NCBI GenBank assembly: GCA_016938065.1
Contig: JAFGVI010000086.1
Span: 2,155 to 66,154, forward strand
Direction of reading: 5' to 3'
Source: Deltaproteobacteria bacterium
GTDB lineage: Bacteria > Desulfobacterota > Anaeroferrophillalia > Anaeroferrophillales > Tharpellaceae
DNA length: 64,000 nt
Shown: positions 61,529 through 64,000 of the stretch, piece after piece
Layout of the letters: each line of letters opens with the position of its first letter
How positions within the stretch are numbered: the first letter of the stretch is position 1
Notes under the pieces: generated by a model
What the model was told of the DNA's origin: nothing
Databases searched by the model: none
The model's input: the letters and a program-made list of their open reading frames with translations, nothing else
Program-made: the position numbers and the translations under genes

Positions 61529-62698
61529 ATGCGCCCACAATTGAAAAAAAATGCAACAGCAAAAAACACGAGCTTTTTCCTCTCTGCCCTGTTAGCAAGG
61601 TTTACTGCGGCCTTTTCCGCACAACCAGAAAGAGCCGACCAACCGACACAGCCGCTCAACCAGCTGAATTTTCTCCATGATTTTGTAAACCAGATGGAAT
61701 TTTCAGAACCTGCGGCTATGGTTTCCGCAGCAGCCGCCCTAATGACGCGACGCCATCCTGAACACACCCTGGTTCTCTTTGCCCTGCAGGATCAAAAAGA
61801 GATCATGGTTATCAGCGGCAGCAAACCTTCTCCAGCCGTCGAAAAGGAGATTGTCGTCTTAAAGAAAAAATTGCAGAAGTTGCCGGAAACCGCGTGGCAG
61901 ATTATCAGAACAGTCCGCAACCTTAATCCTCCGAGCGCCGCGAGCCAAAAAGCAGAAAATAATTGCGGCAGATCTTTGACGATTGCCGCACTTTCAGATC
62001 ATAAGGCGCCACGGTTATTACTTTTTTCAACCTTTAACCCGACCGCCCAGGAACAGGAACTTTTAACTTACTGCCTGAAACACCTTGATAAAAGATTAAG
62101 CGAGGCACGGAGTTTTTTCGAACTCGAAAGAATGAACCGGCTTGACAGCCTGACCGGCCTGAATAACCGCGGCCATTTTGACGAAATCATCAAAAGAGAG
62201 AGCCTGCGCGGCGACCGCTACCGCCACCCTACCTCGCTGATAATGCTTGATCTCGACCATTTCAAAAAAATTAACGATACCTTTGGCCATCAGACGGGGG
62301 ATCAGGTTCTGCAAACCATCGGCAGACTTCTTCTGGCTGAAGTGCGCCAGAGCGATACACCCTGCCGCTACGGCGGAGAAGAATTTGCTATTATCCTGCC
62401 GGAAACCGGACTCGACGAAGCCTGCAAAATCGGCGAACGTTTTCGACGCATAATTGAACAGCAGACTCTCGTTACCCATAAAAACGTGACTTTGAAAATC
62501 ACTGCCAGCCTTGGCATTGCCAGTACGCAGGAAAGCCAGAACATCGATCTGGTTGCCGCTGCCGACCGGGCTCTTTACCTGGCCAAAAACAGCGGAAGAA
62601 ATCAGGTGGCAACAACCTCAACGACACCTGAATCCGCCGCCAGGCAGAGGATTAGACATTGTTTTCCAATCAAGCATGTGCTAAACGGTTCTCTGTAA
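61529..62698 (+). CDS. Diguanylate cyclase (GGDEF domain) with an uncharacterised N-terminal sensor region
   Basis: Has the RYGGEEFAIILPE active site and LDHFKKINDTFGHQTGD. The N-terminal 190 aa or so have no recognisable motif. Confidence 0.85.
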   Translation: MRPQLKKNATAKNTSFFLSALLARFTAAFSAQPERADQPTQPLNQLNFLHDFVNQMEFSEPAAMVSAAAALMTRRHPEHTLVLFALQDQKEIMVISGSKPSPAVEKEIVVLKKKLQKLPETAWQIIRTVRNLNPPSAASQKAENNCGRSLTIAALSDHKAPRLLLFSTFNPTAQEQELLTYCLKHLDKRLSEARSFFELERMNRLDSLTGLNNRGHFDEIIKRESLRGDRYRHPTSLIMLDLDHFKKINDTFGHQTGDQVLQTIGRLLLAEVRQSDTPCRYGGEEFAIILPETGLDEACKIGERFRRIIEQQTLVTHKNVTLKITASLGIASTQESQNIDLVAAADRALYLAKNSGRNQVATTSTTPESAARQRIRHCFPIKHVLNGSL

Positions 62699-62769
62699 AG
62701 TTAACTGATTATCATGCTCAAAACTGAGGGCGGGCTGAGCTTGACCTGAGGATTCCGGAGTTCTGCAAT

Positions 62770-63465
62770 TTGGCAAAAGCCCCGCAAAAAAAAAAGAGTG
62801 CTCGGCCGAAAAGCCCAGGAAAAGGTTCCAAGTCGAATCCTTCCAGTTCATTATTTCCGGCCTTTTTTTTCCTTATGGCGACTTGCAGTGCGCTTATACT
62901 GCTCTATTTTTTTTCGAAAAACGGGACTTCACTCGTCAATGTTCGAGTGTCTCCCAAAGCCGCGCTTAAGGAATACAAAAGTCAGCCGCCAGACAAGCTG
63001 CCACAACCGGCTCAGACACCCGGCCCCCAAAGTAAGCAGAATCTGACCGGGGCCTCGACCATCAGCTGCTTTCTGCTTGAGCAGAACTCCGGCCGACCTA
63101 AAAGAGTCTGCCGGAAATATGGTGCAGCCCTGAACGATCAGCAAAAGGCCCGCGCCATAATCGACCTGCTAAGCTTTTCTCCTGGAGAGGGGCTGGCCCC
63201 TCTACCCGATAAGACAAAACTGCTGAAGGCTGCTTTTGAACCACCAGTCATCACTATAGATCTCTCCCGGGAACTGACCCTGGGAGCTGTAAATTTTGGC
63301 GCGCGCGATGAAATGCTGGCTATCTTCTGTCTGACCAACACTTTCCTGCTCAATTTCCCCGATTTTAAATCGTTACAGATTCTTGTCGAGGGCTGCAAAA
63401 ACAAAACCTTAGCTGGTCACATTGATATTTCCAAGCCCTTATATTACCAGCCCGACATGGATTAA
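62770..63465 (+). CDS. Membrane-anchored GerMN-domain protein
   Basis: Has a basic N-terminus, one TM helix, and a C-terminal GerMN-like pattern (…ITIDLSRE… CLTNTFLLNFPDFKSLQILVEG…). TTG start. Confidence 0.6.
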   Translation: MAKAPQKKKSARPKSPGKGSKSNPSSSLFPAFFFLMATCSALILLYFFSKNGTSLVNVRVSPKAALKEYKSQPPDKLPQPAQTPGPQSKQNLTGASTISCFLLEQNSGRPKRVCRKYGAALNDQQKARAIIDLLSFSPGEGLAPLPDKTKLLKAAFEPPVITIDLSRELTLGAVNFGARDEMLAIFCLTNTFLLNFPDFKSLQILVEGCKNKTLAGHIDISKPLYYQPDMD

Positions 63466-63554
63466 CTGGATTCTGCCAACAATCTGAACGCAGCCACCTT
63501 GACCAACCGCCAGAGCTACATTAAGCCCCTTACTTAGATGAGATGGAGAAATAA

Positions 63555-64000
63555 ATGAATTCCGGAAGCGACGCCACAATCAATGAAATTGCCCGAATTT
63601 TTGCCGAGGCCGGCGAAAAAATCATCGGCCAGTCAACCAACAGCAAAATTTCCACAGCCCCTACGATTCAAAAAGTACCGTCCGTCTTTCTCAAACCCGA
63701 CATCGGCTGCTTCGTACAATTTAACGGCGACTACTCCGGCCTGTTTATCATGAATTTCAGCGCGGCTGTCGCTCTTGAACTCTACCGCAAAACCCTGCTT
63801 TTCATGGGCATGCCGGAGGAAGAACTCGCCACCGAGCACACCTCCGACGAGGTCGTTGACAGCATCGGTGAACTTGTCAACCAGATTATCGGCAACGCCC
63901 GCAGCATAATCATGGAGCGCTACGGCCTGATCGCCACCAATCCGCAACCTAAAGCTATCAACATCTCCAGTGTCATCACCATGGCCATCGCCGCCCCCCT
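63555..64000 (+). CDS. CheX-like/DUF3334-like protein, 3' end beyond the window
   Basis: ATG at 63555 follows GGAG. The frame is open to the window end (148 codons), so it is absent from the ORF track. GDYSGLFIMNFS and GELVNQIIGNA resemble the CheX/CheC-fold family. Confidence 0.55.
   Translation, partial: MNSGSDATINEIARIFAEAGEKIIGQSTNSKISTAPTIQKVPSVFLKPDIGCFVQFNGDYSGLFIMNFSAAVALELYRKTLLFMGMPEEELATEHTSDEVVDSIGELVNQIIGNARSIIMERYGLIATNPQPKAINISSVITMAIAAP

Overview
This 64-kb window reads as gene-dense chromosomal DNA with no obvious mobile or defence content. It is probably from an anaerobic delta-proteobacterium of the Desulfuromonadales/Geobacter type; that placement is an inference from gene content and from the hrcA-grpE-dnaK-dnaJ gene order.

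Genes, left to right:
- phoB-phoR-phoU operon (- strand), a CDF metal transporter, an alpha/beta hydrolase and a Yip1-like membrane protein.
- A DUF4212 small subunit plus sodium:solute (acetate-type) symporter pair, followed by two tandem AMP-forming acyl-CoA synthetases.
- An excisionase-type HTH gene next to tRNA-Ala(GGC), then ppiD and an NRDE-family gene.
- The heat-shock operon hrcA-grpE-dnaK-dnaJ, with a perfect CIRCE operator.
- A QueG-like Fe-S protein, acetolactate decarboxylase, and a lon-thiL-yhaM-like operon.
- A MetE/UROD-like protein, an MBL hydrolase, a Nudix CoA pyrophosphatase and an SH3/coiled-coil membrane protein.
- iorAB and a CBS-domain protein.
- A six-gene Liv-type ABC importer operon with an acyl-CoA ligase embedded in it, and a divergent MerR regulator followed by an M24 peptidase.
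- A porin followed by three exported proteins of unknown function that share domains, interleaved with a split GDP-mannose gene pair.
- ilvD, a HIT protein and a MidA-like methyltransferase.
- Divergent propionyl-/acetyl-CoA synthetase genes, a lone 2-hydroxyacyl-CoA dehydratase-family subunit, a GGDEF cyclase behind a sigma-54 promoter, a GerMN protein and a partial CheX-like gene.

Observations most worth follow-up:
1. A structured intergenic element of about 120-160 nt occurs in two oriented copies. One copy is wedged between CIRCE and the hrcA start codon.
2. The cluster at 44.3-52.3 kb runs from a porin into three exported proteins of unknown function. One of them is a lipoprotein with a Tyr/Gln/Asn/Gly/Ala/Pro-rich low-complexity region of about 150 aa. 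The porin gene has a long leader containing a G9 tract.
3. A CAGTTAACGTTAACTG-type palindrome occurs three times, each upstream of a short- or medium-chain acyl-CoA synthetase gene.

All family calls come from reading motifs by eye. No database search was possible.
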